A stretch of DNA of 64,000 nt. Origin: Eledone cirrhosa. Its lineage: Eukaryota. The stretch covers positions 53,506,001 to 53,570,000 of the forward strand of contig OZ024748.1 of the NCBI GenBank assembly GCA_964016885.1, in the 5' to 3' direction. The notes beneath the pieces are model-generated. The model saw only the letters and a program-made list of their open reading frames with translations, had not been told where the DNA came from and made no database searches. A program made the translations under genes and the position numbers. The first letter of the stretch is position 1. Each line of letters starts with the position of its first letter. This document shows, one piece after another, positions 25,116-38,564 of this stretch.

Positions 25116-25576
25116 TCATTTGCTAATTATGTTGTCAGAGGGGCAGACTTTGTTAGTGTTTTGATATCGTTAACAAGCTAGACCCTCAACTGTTTACACT
25201 GTTTTATTAACCAGATATTGTTTTACTGCTCTCCTCCTAATTACACTCTCCCCCTCTCTTTCATCACAGCTCTCCTCCTCCTCGCCCCCCATCACACTCT
25301 TCATTACTCTCTTTACCTCTCTACAATTCTCTCGCCCTCCCTGCTTCTCTCTATATATTTCTCTATGACGATATGTCTGTCTTCATCTCTCTTTCTTTCC
25401 CTCCCTCTCACCAACCCCTCTCTTTCCCTCTCCCCCTCTCTGTCTTTATATACCTTTCTGTCTTTTTGTCCCTCTCTGCATTACTATCTCTGTGTCTGTT
25501 TATCTACTTCTCTCTTTCTCTCTCTCTCCCTCTCTCTCTCTCTCTCTCCCTCTCTCTCTTTCTCTCTCTCTCTCTT

Positions 25577-25643
<67 letters not shown>

Positions 25644-26591
25644 TTCTGTAATTTTCTGTTCCTTTGCACACAGTTTGACATCATAATTAGTCTGAACTAA
25701 TCTATGGAGTTTTCTCTGCTGTAGTAACTCAACCTGCTTAATATAACAGCCAGATACATCATCTCCTTTAACAGACCTCAGCCTTTCATCTATAAAACAG
25801 AGGCTAAAAGAGACAGACATCTCCATATTAACGAGCAGATAAGAGCATCCTTTAACAAATACGAGCTTTTCCTCTCTAACATATAGACTGGCTTTTTGTC
25901 AATAAAACAGGGACCAGAATAGTTTGGAAGCCCCACATTAATGATGGAATAAACAGCATCCCTTCACAAGCATGGGATTTTCATAGTATAAGCTAGGGAC
26001 AATAAGAGATGGCATGTTCCAGTTTAATGATGAAATAAAAGTGTTCCTTCCTTCACAAGCACCAGTTTTTCGTCTATAAAACAAGGATCAGGGTCAGTAG
26101 AAAATCCTACATTAACGATGAGATAAAGGCATCCATTTTTGTTTATAAAATAGGGACTAAGAGAGCCAGGACATTAACAGCAGCCTTCAACAAATACTGG
26201 CCCTTAGTTTATGAAACGTGTCCCAGGAAATCTAGCCTTTACTTTCTTTAACAATGACATAAACAGATGTGTAATTGTTAATTCTTTTATCACTAGAATT
26301 TTATCACTAGAATTTCAAATAACTTTGAAGATTATCAAAAATTAGAAGGGATTAGCAATATAACTAACTTACTCATTATTAAGCTGGTGTTTGGAATATG
26401 ACAAAAGTTGTGTTAATATAGGATTATATGTGTGTGTAGTGTGTGAGAGAGAGTACCAGTTTCAATCGGGAGTAACAATAGTTAGTAAAGTACTCAATAC
26501 ATTAGTATTGATGATTTCTTTTGAATGAAACAGTTATAGTCTAGTAGAAGCCATTTCAATATTAAACATCATACATACATAAATTTGTGTT

Positions 26592-26790
26592 TCATCATCA
26601 TCATCATCATCATCATCATACGTCCGCTTTTCCCTGCTAGCAAGGGTGGGACGGGAACTGATTCTGGCTTGATTCCTACAGCTGGTTGCCCTTCCTAACA
26701 CCAACCTCATTTACAGTGAGTGCTGGGTGCTTTTTTTTCCGTGGCACCTCCACGACCACTTTGCAGTGGAATGATAGGGAACCCAGTCCC
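26592..26790 (-). mobile_element. CORE-SINE 3' half, short-tail subfamily
   Basis: Matches the 3' part of 43391-43727. Confidence 0.8.
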
Positions 26791-27000
26791 TAAATGAAAT
26801 AGAGATGATATAAAGTATATATATCTTTCGTGTATTACTATTGTTATATATATATATATACTTTTTGAGTTGAGTTTGAATTATTTTTCCCACATCTTAC
26901 GTTAACTATTTTTCCCATTTTGACGCTATAGTCACTTATATATTATGGAATACTGTTGGCTTTTTGCTACACTATTTTCTATACCTTATGGACGTTAAAC

Positions 27001-27039
<39 letters not shown>

Positions 27040-27070
27040 ATATATATATACACACACACAGACAGTATGT

Positions 27071-27557
27071 ATATCATCATCATCATCATCATCACCGTTT
27101 TACGTCCGTTCTTCCACGCTAGCATGGGTTAGACGGGTTGTCCTGTTGTGGGCAGTGTCTGGTCGGCTGACCATGCCTTGCTCATACAGGAACTGATCTG
27201 GCTTGATTTCTACAGCTGGATGCCCTTCCTAACACCAACCTCATTTACAGTGAGTGCTGGGTGCTTTTTCGTGGCGCCTACACGTCCACTTTACAGTGTG
27301 GGCTGGGTGCTTTTTTGCCGTGGCACCTCCACGACCACCTTGCGGTGGGGGGGGGGGGCATATTGTTTATATGCTTCAGCATGTACCCATGGGAGGTCGG
27401 GTACCCTGTATTACTGCGTGACGCCAGAAGTCACGGTCGTGTGTCATTGACTTTGAGAGGTGTAGTTGGGTAAGGTCGGCTTTTATCACCTCATCCCAAG
27501 TCATCTTGGGTCTCCCCACTCCGCGGTTTCCATCAACTTCTAGTGCTCTGCACCTTT
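27071..27557 (-). mobile_element. RTE LINE 3' fragment, essentially identical to 2091-2578
   Basis: By eye the only difference is the length of the G homopolymer. Confidence 0.95.
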
Positions 27558-28228
27558 ATATATATATATATATAACTTTGATAAATTTAGGCCAGTATTG
27601 GTCCAGGCCATGTCTCACTTAATAGCACCACCAATAAGGAATGAGAGCTGATCCCAAAGTGCTGAACTTGACAGAGGAGATGACGTAGGAATGTAACAAG
27701 TGGGGGTAGGCTGTGTTGGAGCAGATCCATCCAACCCATGCAAGCATAGAATGGCAGATGTAATATGATGATGATGATGATAACAATATCTATCTATTTA
27801 TCTATGTATCTATCTATACTCACACACACACAGAAAATATCATTAAACCACGCAAGAATCTTCCTATGAGATGCAACCTCATAGGAGACTCACTACACAA
27901 ACATTGGTGTGAGCTATTACAATAACAAACCATGGAACTGCACTTGGAAAGCTTTGCTTCAGTCTTTTTGGTAGAGCAGCGTCTGGTGAGGCTGTAGAGG
28001 CCCACATGGGGGGGCAACAGGCCTGGCTACAATCAGTGCATTCGATGGTAAAGTCAGTGAGTGTTATCAAGGCGCTGTTTCTTTGGTATTTGTTTGTCTA
28101 TAGAATGCTCTTTTCTTCAGCAGCAAGCTTCAGTTTCTCCTCCTCTCCTATTTTTAAACTCCTGCCAATAACTGGAACAACAACAACATTAACATTGACA
28201 AATGTCAAGTATCTTTAATTGCCAACAT

Positions 28229-28950
28229 CATATTGTGTCTAACTGTAAGACTTTCTACACCACCACCTCCACCATATTGTGTCTAACTGTAAGACTTTCT
28301 ACACCACCACAACCACCATATTGTGTCTAACTGTAAGATTTTCTACACCACCTCCACCACCATATTGTGTCTAACTGTAAGACTTTCTACACCACCACCA
28401 CCACCATATTGTGTCTAACTGTAAGACTTTCTACACCACCACCTCCACCATATTGTGTCTAACTGTAAGACTTTCTACACCACCACCACCACCATATTGT
28501 GTCTAACTGTAAGACTTTCTACACCACCGCCACCATATTGTGTCTAACTGTAAGACTTTCTACACCACCTCCACCACCATATTGTGTCTAACTGTAAGAC
28601 TTTCTACACCACCTCCACCACCACCATATTGTGTCTAACTGTAAGACTTTCTACACCACCGCCACCATATTGTGTCTAACTGTAAGACCTTCTACACCAC
28701 CACCTCCACCATATTGTGTCTAACTGTAAGACTTTCTACACCACCACCACCATATTGTGTCTAACTGTAAGACCTTCTACACCACCACCTCCACCATATT
28801 GTGTCTAACTGTAAGACTTTCTACACCACCACCTCCACCATCATATTGTGTCTAACTGTAAGACTTTCTACACCACCACCACCATATTGTGTCTAACTGT
28901 AAGACTTTCTACACCACCACCATATTGTGTCTAACTGTAAGACTTTCTAC
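28229..28950. repeat. Minisatellite: constant 29-bp core plus variable (ACC)n linker, ~17 copies
   Basis: ATATTGTGTCTAACTGTAAGACTTTCTAC cores separated by 3-6 ACC/TCC/GCC triplets. Confidence 0.92.
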
Positions 28951-29678
28951 ACCACCACCACCACCACACCAACATCACCACCACCACCAACACCTCCACC
29001 AACATCACCACCACCAACATCACCACCACCACCACCACCACCACCAACATCACCACCACAACCAACACCACCAACATCACCACCACCACCACCACCACGA
29101 CCAACATCACCACCACAACCAACACCACCAACATCACCACCACCACCACCACCACGACCAACATCACCACCACAACCAACACCACCAACATCACCACCAC
29201 CACCACCACCACCAACATCACCACCACAACCAACACCACCAACATCACCACCACCACCACCACCTCCACCACCACCACCACAACCACCACCAACACCACC
29301 AACATCACCACCACCACCACCACCACCAACATCACCACCACAACCAACACCACCAACATCACCACCACCACCACCTCCACCAACATCACCACCACCAACA
29401 TCACCACCACCACCACCAACATCACCACCACCAACATCACCACCAACACCACCAACATCACCACCACCACCACCACCTCCACCACCACCACCACAACCAA
29501 CACCACCACCAACACCACCTCCACCACCACCACCACCACCACAACCAACACCACCACAACCAACACCACCTCCACCACCACCACCTCCACCACCACCACC
29601 ACCACCACCACAACCAACACCACCACCAACATCACCATCACCACCACCACCACCACCACCACCACTACACCACCACCC
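28951..29678. repeat. (ACC)n-based array
   Basis: Directly visible in the sequence. Confidence 0.9.
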
Positions 29679-29819
29679 TGACATAATTATTGTCTTAATG
29701 ATCTTTAACTAATATTACCCCATTTCCAGTATATCTCCAGCTCCACACACCAATTACCAGACATTTCTCCATCTTCTTCTTCTTCCTATTGCTATTCTAC
29801 TTCTTGTTATTGCTGCTAT

Positions 29820-30720
29820 TTACTGTTACTGTTACTGTTGTTGTTGTTACTGTTGTTGTTGTTACTGCTGTTGCTGTCATTACTGTTGTTATTGTTGTTG
29901 TTGTTGCTGCTGTTGCTGTCATTACTGTTGCTGTTGTTGGTATTGCTGCTGTTGTTGTTGCTGTTGTTGCTGTCATTACTGTTGTTGTTGTTGGTATTGC
30001 TGCTGTTGTTGTTGCTGTTGTTGCTGTCATTACTGTTGTTGCTGCTGTTGCTGTCGCTGCTGTTGTTGCTGCTGCTGTTGTTGTTGATGCTGTTGCTGTC
30101 ATTACTGTTGTTATTGTTGTTGTTGCTGCTGTTGCTGTCATTACTGTTGTTGTTGTTGGTATTGCTGCTGTTGTTGTTGCTGTTGTTGCTGTCATTACTG
30201 TTGTTGCTGCTGTTGCTGTCGCTGCTGTTGTTGCTGCTGCTGTTGTTGTTGATGCTGTTGCTGTCATTACTGTTGTTATTGTTGTTGTTGCTGCTGTTGC
30301 TGTCATTACTGTTGTTGTTGTTGGTGTTGCTGCTGTTGTTGTTGCTGTTGTTGCTGTCATTACTGTTGTTGCTGCTGTTGCTGTCGCTGCTGTTGTTGCT
30401 GCTGCTGTTGTTGTTGATGCTGTTGCTGTCATTACTGTTGTTATTGTTGTTGTTGCTGCTGTTGCTGTCATTACTGTTGTTGTTGTTGGTGTTGCTGCTG
30501 CTGTTGTTGCTGTCATTACTGTTGTTGCTGCTGTTGCTGTCGCTGCTGTTGTTGCTGCTGCTGTTGTTGTTGATGCTGTTGCTGTCATTACTGTTGTTAT
30601 TGTTGTTGTTGCTGCTGTTGCTGTCATTACTGTTGTTGCTGCTGCTGTTGTTGCTGCTGCTGTTGTTTTCATTGTTGCTGCTGCTGTTGCCATCGTTTTG
30701 CTGCTGGTGTTGTTGTTGCT
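29820..30720. repeat. (GTT/GCT)n array with a 165-bp higher-order repeat
   Basis: GATGCTG landmark at 30086, 30251, 30416 and 30572. Confidence 0.9.
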
Positions 30721-31604
30721 ATTTACTGCTGGTGTTGTTCTTGTTGTTGCTCTTACTATTTTCTGTTGTTATTGTTGTATTGTTTGTTTTATCGACATGT
30801 AAATGTTTTATAATATAATTAACAGTTTTTGGTATTTCTCTCCAATTATGTACCTCGTGTGTGCGTCAGTTTGTGTTTGTGTGTGTGTGTGTCAGTTTGT
30901 GTGTGTGTGTGTGTGTGTGTGTCAGTTTGTGTGTGTGTCAGTTTGTGTGTGTGTGTGTGTGTGAGTGTGTCAGTTTGTGTGTGTGTGTTTGTGTGTGTGT
31001 CAGTTTGTGTGTGCCTCTCTCTCTGTATGTGTGAATATGTTCACATATTTGTCTGTTTCTATGACAAGCAGCTATCTGTGAGAATGTAACCCTTTTGTTA
31101 AAATATTCCTTAAAAAAACATCGGAGACATTAGTATTATAACTAATTTTCTTGTTATTAAGGTGATGTTTGGGATATAACTTAACAAAGGTTCTTATATA
31201 AAATTATGACGGAAAGATTTTAGATAAATATAAACACTTTAAAATAAGCAGTTTCATAACCTAAATCCAGACTTGATTTCAGGTGGTTTAGTATGAAAAG
31301 CTTTAAAATATATGTATGTATACATGTGTGTGTTTGTGTGACTCAACTTGCTAGATATAACAGGAATTGTACCCTCTCTTCTTATGGAATCACACATCTG
31401 ATAATGTAGTCCTTGTGCTCTCTGGGTAACACTGTACAACTGAACTTGAAACCATGTGGTTGCAGATCAAACTTCTTAACTACAACACACACACACGCAC
31501 ATGTAACATCAATGATACACCTAGACTCTGCCCCCCCCCCTCCTCCCCCCAGCGTCATTTGCAAAAACTACTCACCTTCTAACCTTTTCTCTCTCCAGAG
31601 TTTG

Positions 31605-31645
31605 CTCTTTCTGATGAAGGACTTATGTCCGACATGTTGAGAGAT
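31605..31645 (+). ncRNA. Degenerate hammerhead-like motif (Penelope-type)
   Basis: CTGATGA-A-GGAC-ttat-GTCC-GACA, with the GAAA box mutated. Confidence 0.5.
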
Positions 31646-31756
31646 TTAGTTCTTTTTTCTTTATCCTAATTCCTAAGCGTGAAACTAAGAAGACTTTGTG
31701 TTTTTGCATCTGTGTTTGTCCTGTTTATTCTTGAACTATATGCATATATATATATA

Positions 31757-31837
<81 letters not shown>

Positions 31838-31852
31838 TGTATCTCTCTCTCC

Positions 31853-31883
<31 letters not shown>

Positions 31884-32245
31884 CACAGATAGAGAGCAAT
31901 AATACTGTAATGAAAATATATACTAGTCTGTTGGTACTTGTAATTGTTTTTTTCGAGTGTATACATACATTGTGTGTGTACATGTGTGTGTGTGTGTGTT
32001 TAATAGAGAAAATTACTTTCAAACAATCTGGAAAAAAACAAAAAACATGGTGAAACTGAAAATCCTATCAAAATATCTCAAACATTTATGTCCCAAAAAA
32101 TTCTGATTAAAAGCTTGGGGCAAGTTAAAATCTAGTTGGTGACCTTTATTTGGGAAAGGTCACTGACAATTGCTTAAATAAAAGGTTGTAAAAAGAAATA
32201 ACAGAGCAAAAAATTCCACCCAAAACAAGGTAGACAAAAATATAT

Positions 32246-32302
<57 letters not shown>

Positions 32303-32536
32303 ATCATTACCATTTTACATCCGTTTTCCACCCTGGTATGGGTTAGACGGGTTCTTACATTCTGAGACTAGACAGATGTCCATGTCTTGCTCATAGGTTT
32401 TATATTGGCTTGGTTTCCTAAGCTGGATGCCCTTCCTAATGCCAACCACTTTACAGTGTGTACTGGTTGCATTTCATTGGGGCACCAACAATACCTCTAC
32501 AGCATGGACTGGGCACATTTTATTGTGACACTAGTA

Positions 32537-32872
32537 CAGATGTTCTCAAAGTGGGCGCTACCGACCCCCAGGGGACGTTGAGAAGGTTCAGGGGGGTTGC
32601 TGGGGCCTAAGAGGACAGTGGGGGGTGGCGGCAGAGATGATATAATAGTTATTTAATATCAAATGATACATATTATATATAAATTTAGTAAAATAAAAGG
32701 CATAATATTTATTTATACATAGTATTTATTATATTATTTATTATATATAAATTAATGATTTTATTTATATATTATTTATAATTTGCATTTAGGCAGGTCT
32801 CTCTGGAAGGTGAGGGCGCTAGGGGTATTACGTCAGCAGGGGGGGGGGGGGCAAACAGTTTGAGAACCTCTG
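32537..32872. mobile_element. hAT/Charlie-like MITE
   Basis: TIRs CAGATGTTCTCAAA and TTTGAGAACCTCTG. 8-bp TSD CACTAGTA / CATTAGTC. Inserted in an old RTE-tail remnant (32305-32920). Confidence 0.8.
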
Positions 32873-33045
32873 CATTAGTCCTATAACTTTACAGAGTCAA
32901 CTGGGTGCATGTTATGTTATGAGCATCGTCATGAGCATACCTATGATGAAAAGTGTTCCTGCCATGACAATTATGTCTATTTGTATATCTACAATACTGT
33001 AAACAGATGTTAAATAATTCTGATCAATATATCCTTCGTGTTCTT

Positions 33046-33953
33046 AAATGATAGCCTGTGATTTGAGGGAATTTGGCTGCTATTCCTAGCTCATTGAGCT
33101 ATGATATAGAGAATTGACTCCTGTTTCTAAATGATAGCTTGTGATTTGAGGGAATTTGGCTGCTATTCCTAGCTCATTGAGCTATGATATAGAGAATTGA
33201 CTCCTGTTTCTAAATGATAGCTTGTGATTTGAGGGAATTTGGCTGCTATTCCTAGACCATTAAGCTATGATATAGAGAATTGACTCCTGTTTCTAAATGA
33301 TAGCTTGTGATTTGAGGGAATTTGGCTGCTATTCCTAGCTCATTGAGCTATGATATAGAGAATTGACTCCTGTTTCTAAATGATAGCTTGTGATTTGAGG
33401 GAATTTGGCTGCTATTCCTAGCTCATTGAGCTATGATATAGAGAATTGACTCCTGTTTCTAAATGATAGCTTGTGATTTGAGGGAATTTGGCTGCTATTC
33501 CTAGACCATTAAGCTATGATATAGAGAATTGACTCCTGTTTCTAAATGATAGCTTGTGATTTGAGGGAATTTGGCTGCTATTCCTAGCTCATTGAGCTAT
33601 GATATAGAGAATTGACTCCTGTTTCTAAATGATAGCTTGTGATTTGAGGGAATTTGGCTGCTATTCCTAGACCATTAAGCTATGATATAGAGAATTGACT
33701 CCTGTTTCTAAATGATAGCTTGTGATTTGAGGGAATTTGGCTGCTATTCCTAGCTCATTGAGCTATGATATAGAGAATTGACTCCTGTTTCTAAATGATA
33801 GCCTGTGATTTGAGGGAATTTGGCTGCTATTCGTAGCTCATTGAGCTATGATATAGAGAATTGACTCCTGTTTCTAAATGATAGCCTGTGATTTGAGGGA
33901 ATTTGGCTGCTATTCCTAGGCCATTAAGCTATGATATAGAGAATCAACTCCTG
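33046..33953. repeat. 83-bp tandem minisatellite, ~11 copies
   Basis: AAATGATAGC at 33046, 33129 and onward. Two unit variants, CTCATTG and ACCATTA, are interspersed. Confidence 0.95.
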
Positions 33954-33979
33954 TACTGAATTGCTGTTTTTTTAATTTT

Positions 33980-34800
33980 TTTATAAACTTCAAAAGGATG
34001 GAAGGCAGAGTTGACCACGGTGGAATTTGATTTCAGGGAGAGAGAGAGAGGAATAGGGGGGGGGGGCACAAATATGACAAAGGATTCTATCTGTTGTTCT
34101 GACAACTCTGCCAATTCAGTTTTCTGTTAATTTTTGATTTAAGCACAAGGCCAAACATTTTAAGGAGGGTAAATTTGATTAAATTGATTCCAGCGCATTA
34201 CTGGTACTTTATTTCATCAGCCCCTTAATGATCAAAGGCAAAGCTAACATCAGCAGGATTTGAACTCAGAATGTAAAGGGATGTAACTATATATCACAAA
34301 GCATATTGTTTGTCGCTCTACCGATACTACTAATCCACTGACCTTAAATAATGTTTTCTGATTTAGGAACAAGACCAACAATTTTGGGGAAGGGAAAGTC
34401 AATTAACCCTTTAGCATTTACATTACTCTCTATATATATACTATTGTATTTTTGTGGTAAAGGCTTTATCTTACATCATTATCTCACATAATATCGAATC
34501 TATGAGATTTTGATGTTATTTATTTTGAGAACAATACCTTAACATCAGTATGAGCAGCTGATTATGGCTGGTTTGAACTTTTAAAAAAAGGTGAGATCAT
34601 TCTGGGCAGATACGGCTGGTTTAAATGTTAAAGGGTTAAATCAATCCCCAGAGCGTTACTGGTACTTTATTTTATTGACTCCATTAGGATGAAAGGCAAA
34701 GTTAATCTTGGTGGGATTTGAACTCAGAACGTGAAGGAACATAACTATATGCCAGGAAGCATGGTGTTCGGTGCTCTACCAATTACTGCCATTCCACCAC
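33980..34800 (-). mobile_element. Cluster of three Nin/Deu-like SINE copies, the last interrupted by a piggyBac MITE
   Basis: Repeated GGATGAAAGGCAAAG...GATTTGAACTCAGAA-like motifs at ~33995, ~34230 and ~34690. Confidence 0.75.
34407..34635. mobile_element. piggyBac-type MITE (family A), 229 bp
   Basis: TTAA|CCCTTTAGCATTTA ... TAAATGTTAAAGGG|TTAA. It interrupts a SINE exactly at a TTAA. Confidence 0.88.
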
Positions 34801-35119
34801 CTTCTGTTGAGAACAGAGAAAGAAGTTATTGAAATGAGAGTATTGCTAGCTGAAAGTGGTTGAGTTCAATCTAGGGCCATAAGGAAGTGCTCTAACAGTG
34901 TTTATAATTCAACTGATTCCATTAAGATCACACCAAATGGACACACAGACAGACAGACACAATATGTGCAAATCATTAGCAAGAACTCTTCAATTTCTTT
35001 CTTTTATCTTTCCTTTTTTTTCTTTTCTTTCCATTTCAATTTTTTTGTTATTGTCCCTTCATCTACCTCCTCTGTTTTTTGTTGTCCTTTGTTCCTTTAT
35101 AGTGTCCTCTAGCCAATAC

Positions 35120-36716
35120 CACCTCTACCTCCACCACCACCACCATCACCATCACCACTACCACCTCCCTCCACCATGACCACCATCACCTCCACCATGA
35201 CCACCTCCACCACCACAACCGTCACTATCATCACCACCACCATCACCTCCACCATCACAACCATCACTATCACCACCACCATCTCTACCACCACAACCGT
35301 CACTATCATCACCACCACCACCATGAACAACACCACCACCACCTCTACCAACACTATCATCACCACCATCATCTCTACCACCACTACAACCACCACCATC
35401 AACACCACCACCACCATCAACACCACCAACACCACAACCACCAACACCACCAGCACCACCACTACCACCACCACCATCATCTCCACCACCTTAACTGTCA
35501 CTATCACCACCACCACCTCAAACACCACCACCACCTCGACAACCACCACCTCCACCTCCACCACCTTCACCACCTCCACCACCATCAACACCATCACCAT
35601 CACCAACACCTCCACCACCACCAACACCACCACCATCAACACTACCACCACCACCAACACCACCTCTACCACCATCAACACCACCGCCATACATACATAC
35701 ACATATACACACCCACATGTATATATATATATAAGCGACGTACATACACACATACATACGCAATGTACATACATATACACACATATATACATATGCAATG
35801 TACATACATACACATATATACATATGCAATGTACATGCATACACACACATATATACATATACAATGTACATACATACACATATATACATAAGCAATGTAC
35901 ATGCATACACACACATATATACATATGCAATGTACATACATACACATATATACATATGCAATGTACATACATACACATATATACATATGCAATGTACATA
36001 CATACACATATATACATATGCAATATACATACATACACATATATACATATACAATGTATATGCATACACACAGATATATACATATGCAATGTACATACAT
36101 ACACATATATACATATGCAATGTACATACATACATACACATATATACATATGCAATGTACATACATACATACACATATATACATATGCAATGTACATACA
36201 TACATGCACATATATACATATGCAATGTACATGCATACACACACATATATACATATGCAATGTACATACATACACATATATACATATACAATGTATATAC
36301 ATACACACACATATATACATATGCAATGTACATACATACACACACATATATACATATGTAATGTACATACATACACATATATACATATGCAATGTACATA
36401 CATACACACACATATACATATGCAATGTACATGCATACACACACACACACACATGTATATATATATATGTGATGTACATGCACACACACACATACATACA
36501 CACATACACATATATACACACACACACATATATATATGCGATGTACATGCATACACACACATATATATATATGCGATATACATACATACACACACACACA
36601 TATATATATATGCGATGTACATACATACACACACACACATATTTATATATATATATATGCGATGTACATACACACACACATATATATATATGCGATGTAC
36701 ATACATACACATACAC

Positions 36717-36759
<43 letters not shown>

Positions 36760-36949
36760 ATGTACATACACACACACACACATATACATATATATATATA
36801 TATATGCGATGTACATACATACACCCACACACACATATATATATATATATGCGATGTACATACATATATATATATATATATGCGATGTACATACATACAC
36901 CCACACACACATATATATATATATATATATGCGATGTACATACATACAC

Positions 36950-36981
<32 letters not shown>

Positions 36982-37015
36982 GCGATGTACATACATACAC
37001 ACATGTATATATACA
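35120..37015. repeat. (ACC)n tract followed by CA/TA-rich minisatellite with ATGTACAT landmarks
   Basis: Directly visible in the sequence. Confidence 0.9.
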
Positions 37016-37569
37016 AAATAAAGCAATAAAAAGTGGCCCTCCCACCCACCCCCACAGCCTGCCTCATCTTCTAAAAAGATATTTTAGTCTCAACAACTTT
37101 CCTTTGCCAACAGCTGTTTCAACTCCCAATAGTTCAAGATTAAATGGACAGAAATCTCTCACCATAGAGGTAGGGACTCTCTATTTTCTTTTCTCTCTTT
37201 TATCATCATCTTCTTCGTTGTTGTTGTTGTTGTTGTTGTTGTGGGCGTTGGTGTTGTAGTTGTGGTTGTAGTGAGGGTTGTTGTTGTTGTGGGCGTTGAT
37301 GTTGTAGTTGTGGTTGTAGTGAGGGTTGTTGTTGTGGTTGTTGTGAGCATTGATGTTGTGATCATTGAGGTTGTAGTGGTGGTGGTTGTTATTGAGGTTG
37401 TTGTGGTGGTTGTTATGATGATGGTGGTGGTGGTGGTGGTGAAGTTTTTTAAAAAATGTTCCTTAACCCTTCTTCTTTGCATCATCAACATTATTATCGT
37501 TGATGTTGATGTTGTGGGTGTTGGTGTAGTGGTGATAGTTCTTATGTTTTTCAGAATGTACCTTAACCT

Positions 37570-37790
37570 TTCTTCGTGGCTTTTTTTAATGGGCTTTCTC
37601 CACGATGGCCCTCGGAAGTCCCCCCCCCCCCTATTGGGGAATTTTTCATTGTTCTTTTTTTGTTACATCCTGTTTTTTTGTTTTTTTACACGCAGAAATG
37701 CTCATTTGTACTGTCCTGTATTGTCCTGTACTGTCCTTAATGTCTACTTTGTGTAAACCCTTGTGGTTAATAAAGAAAGCATTATTATTA
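37570..37790 (+). mobile_element. L1/Tx1-like 3' UTR fragment
   Basis: Shares CCCCTATTGGGGA and terminal CCCTTGTGGTTAATAAAGAAA with the reverse complement of 60616-60750. Confidence 0.55.
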
Positions 37791-37891
37791 TTATTTTTAT
37801 TATCACCTCCACCACCACCACCACCATCATCACCACTGTCATCATCACGACTGTCAACATTGCCACCACCACCATCACCACCATCACCATT

Positions 37892-37922
<31 letters not shown>

Positions 37923-38564
37923 TTATTATTATTGTTGTCGTTGCTTATTTTATTCCTTCTTCCCTGAAATAAAACGAGATATCAACAAGAAAAGTTAGAG
38001 ATAGAAAAGTAAAGATATAAAGTAGAATAATATATTCTATTCTTTCTTTCCTTCTTCCTTCCTTCCTCCTTCCTCCTTCCTTCCTCCTTCCTTCTTCCTT
38101 CCTCCTTCCTTCCTTCCTCCTTCCTTCCTTCCTTCCCTGGTGTTCCAGTGAAGCTGCTGAAGAGAACACCTCTCTTTTTGTTAAGTTGTTCTTGTATTAT
38201 GTATGAAATGACTCCAAAGATTTTCAATACAAAATGATATTATATAGATATATTCTATGCTTTTTTTGGAGGCGTTTGTTTTTGGTTTTATATCACCTTT
38301 CTCTGGATATTTCCCGAAAGTGGTTCTGTTTGTAGCCTTGAAATGTGTGTTTCTTAATCTTTCGGTTGGTTGGTTAGTTAAGTGTCATGGCTAAATTTTG
38401 TACTTACAAAAATAACACAGGCAAAGCCAGTAATAGTGCAATTGAAAAGTTTGTTTCACAAGCAGCTTGATCTAGGTTTGATCTCACCTTTTAGGTGTCT
38501 TCTACTATAGACTTGTATAGAGAATTTTGTAAATGGACATTGTGCATGAGTTCATTATATATAT

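Noticed and set aside
27830-28175. Possible terminal coding exon on the minus strand (IGRSLKIGEEEKLKLAAEEKSIL*)
   Set aside because: An acceptor-like site exists, but the peptide is short, unrecognised and has no linked upstream exon.
28229-28950. CRISPR-like array (constant 29-bp repeat with variable spacers)
   Set aside because: The spacers are only 9-18 nt of ACC triplets, not unique sequence. There are no cas genes and the context is eukaryotic.
28889-29712. Extensin- or formin-like proline-rich ORF
   Set aside because: Translation of an (ACC)n tract, equally open in other frames.
35109-37259. 450-650 aa ORFs
   Set aside because: Translations of CA/TA microsatellite and ACC tracts.
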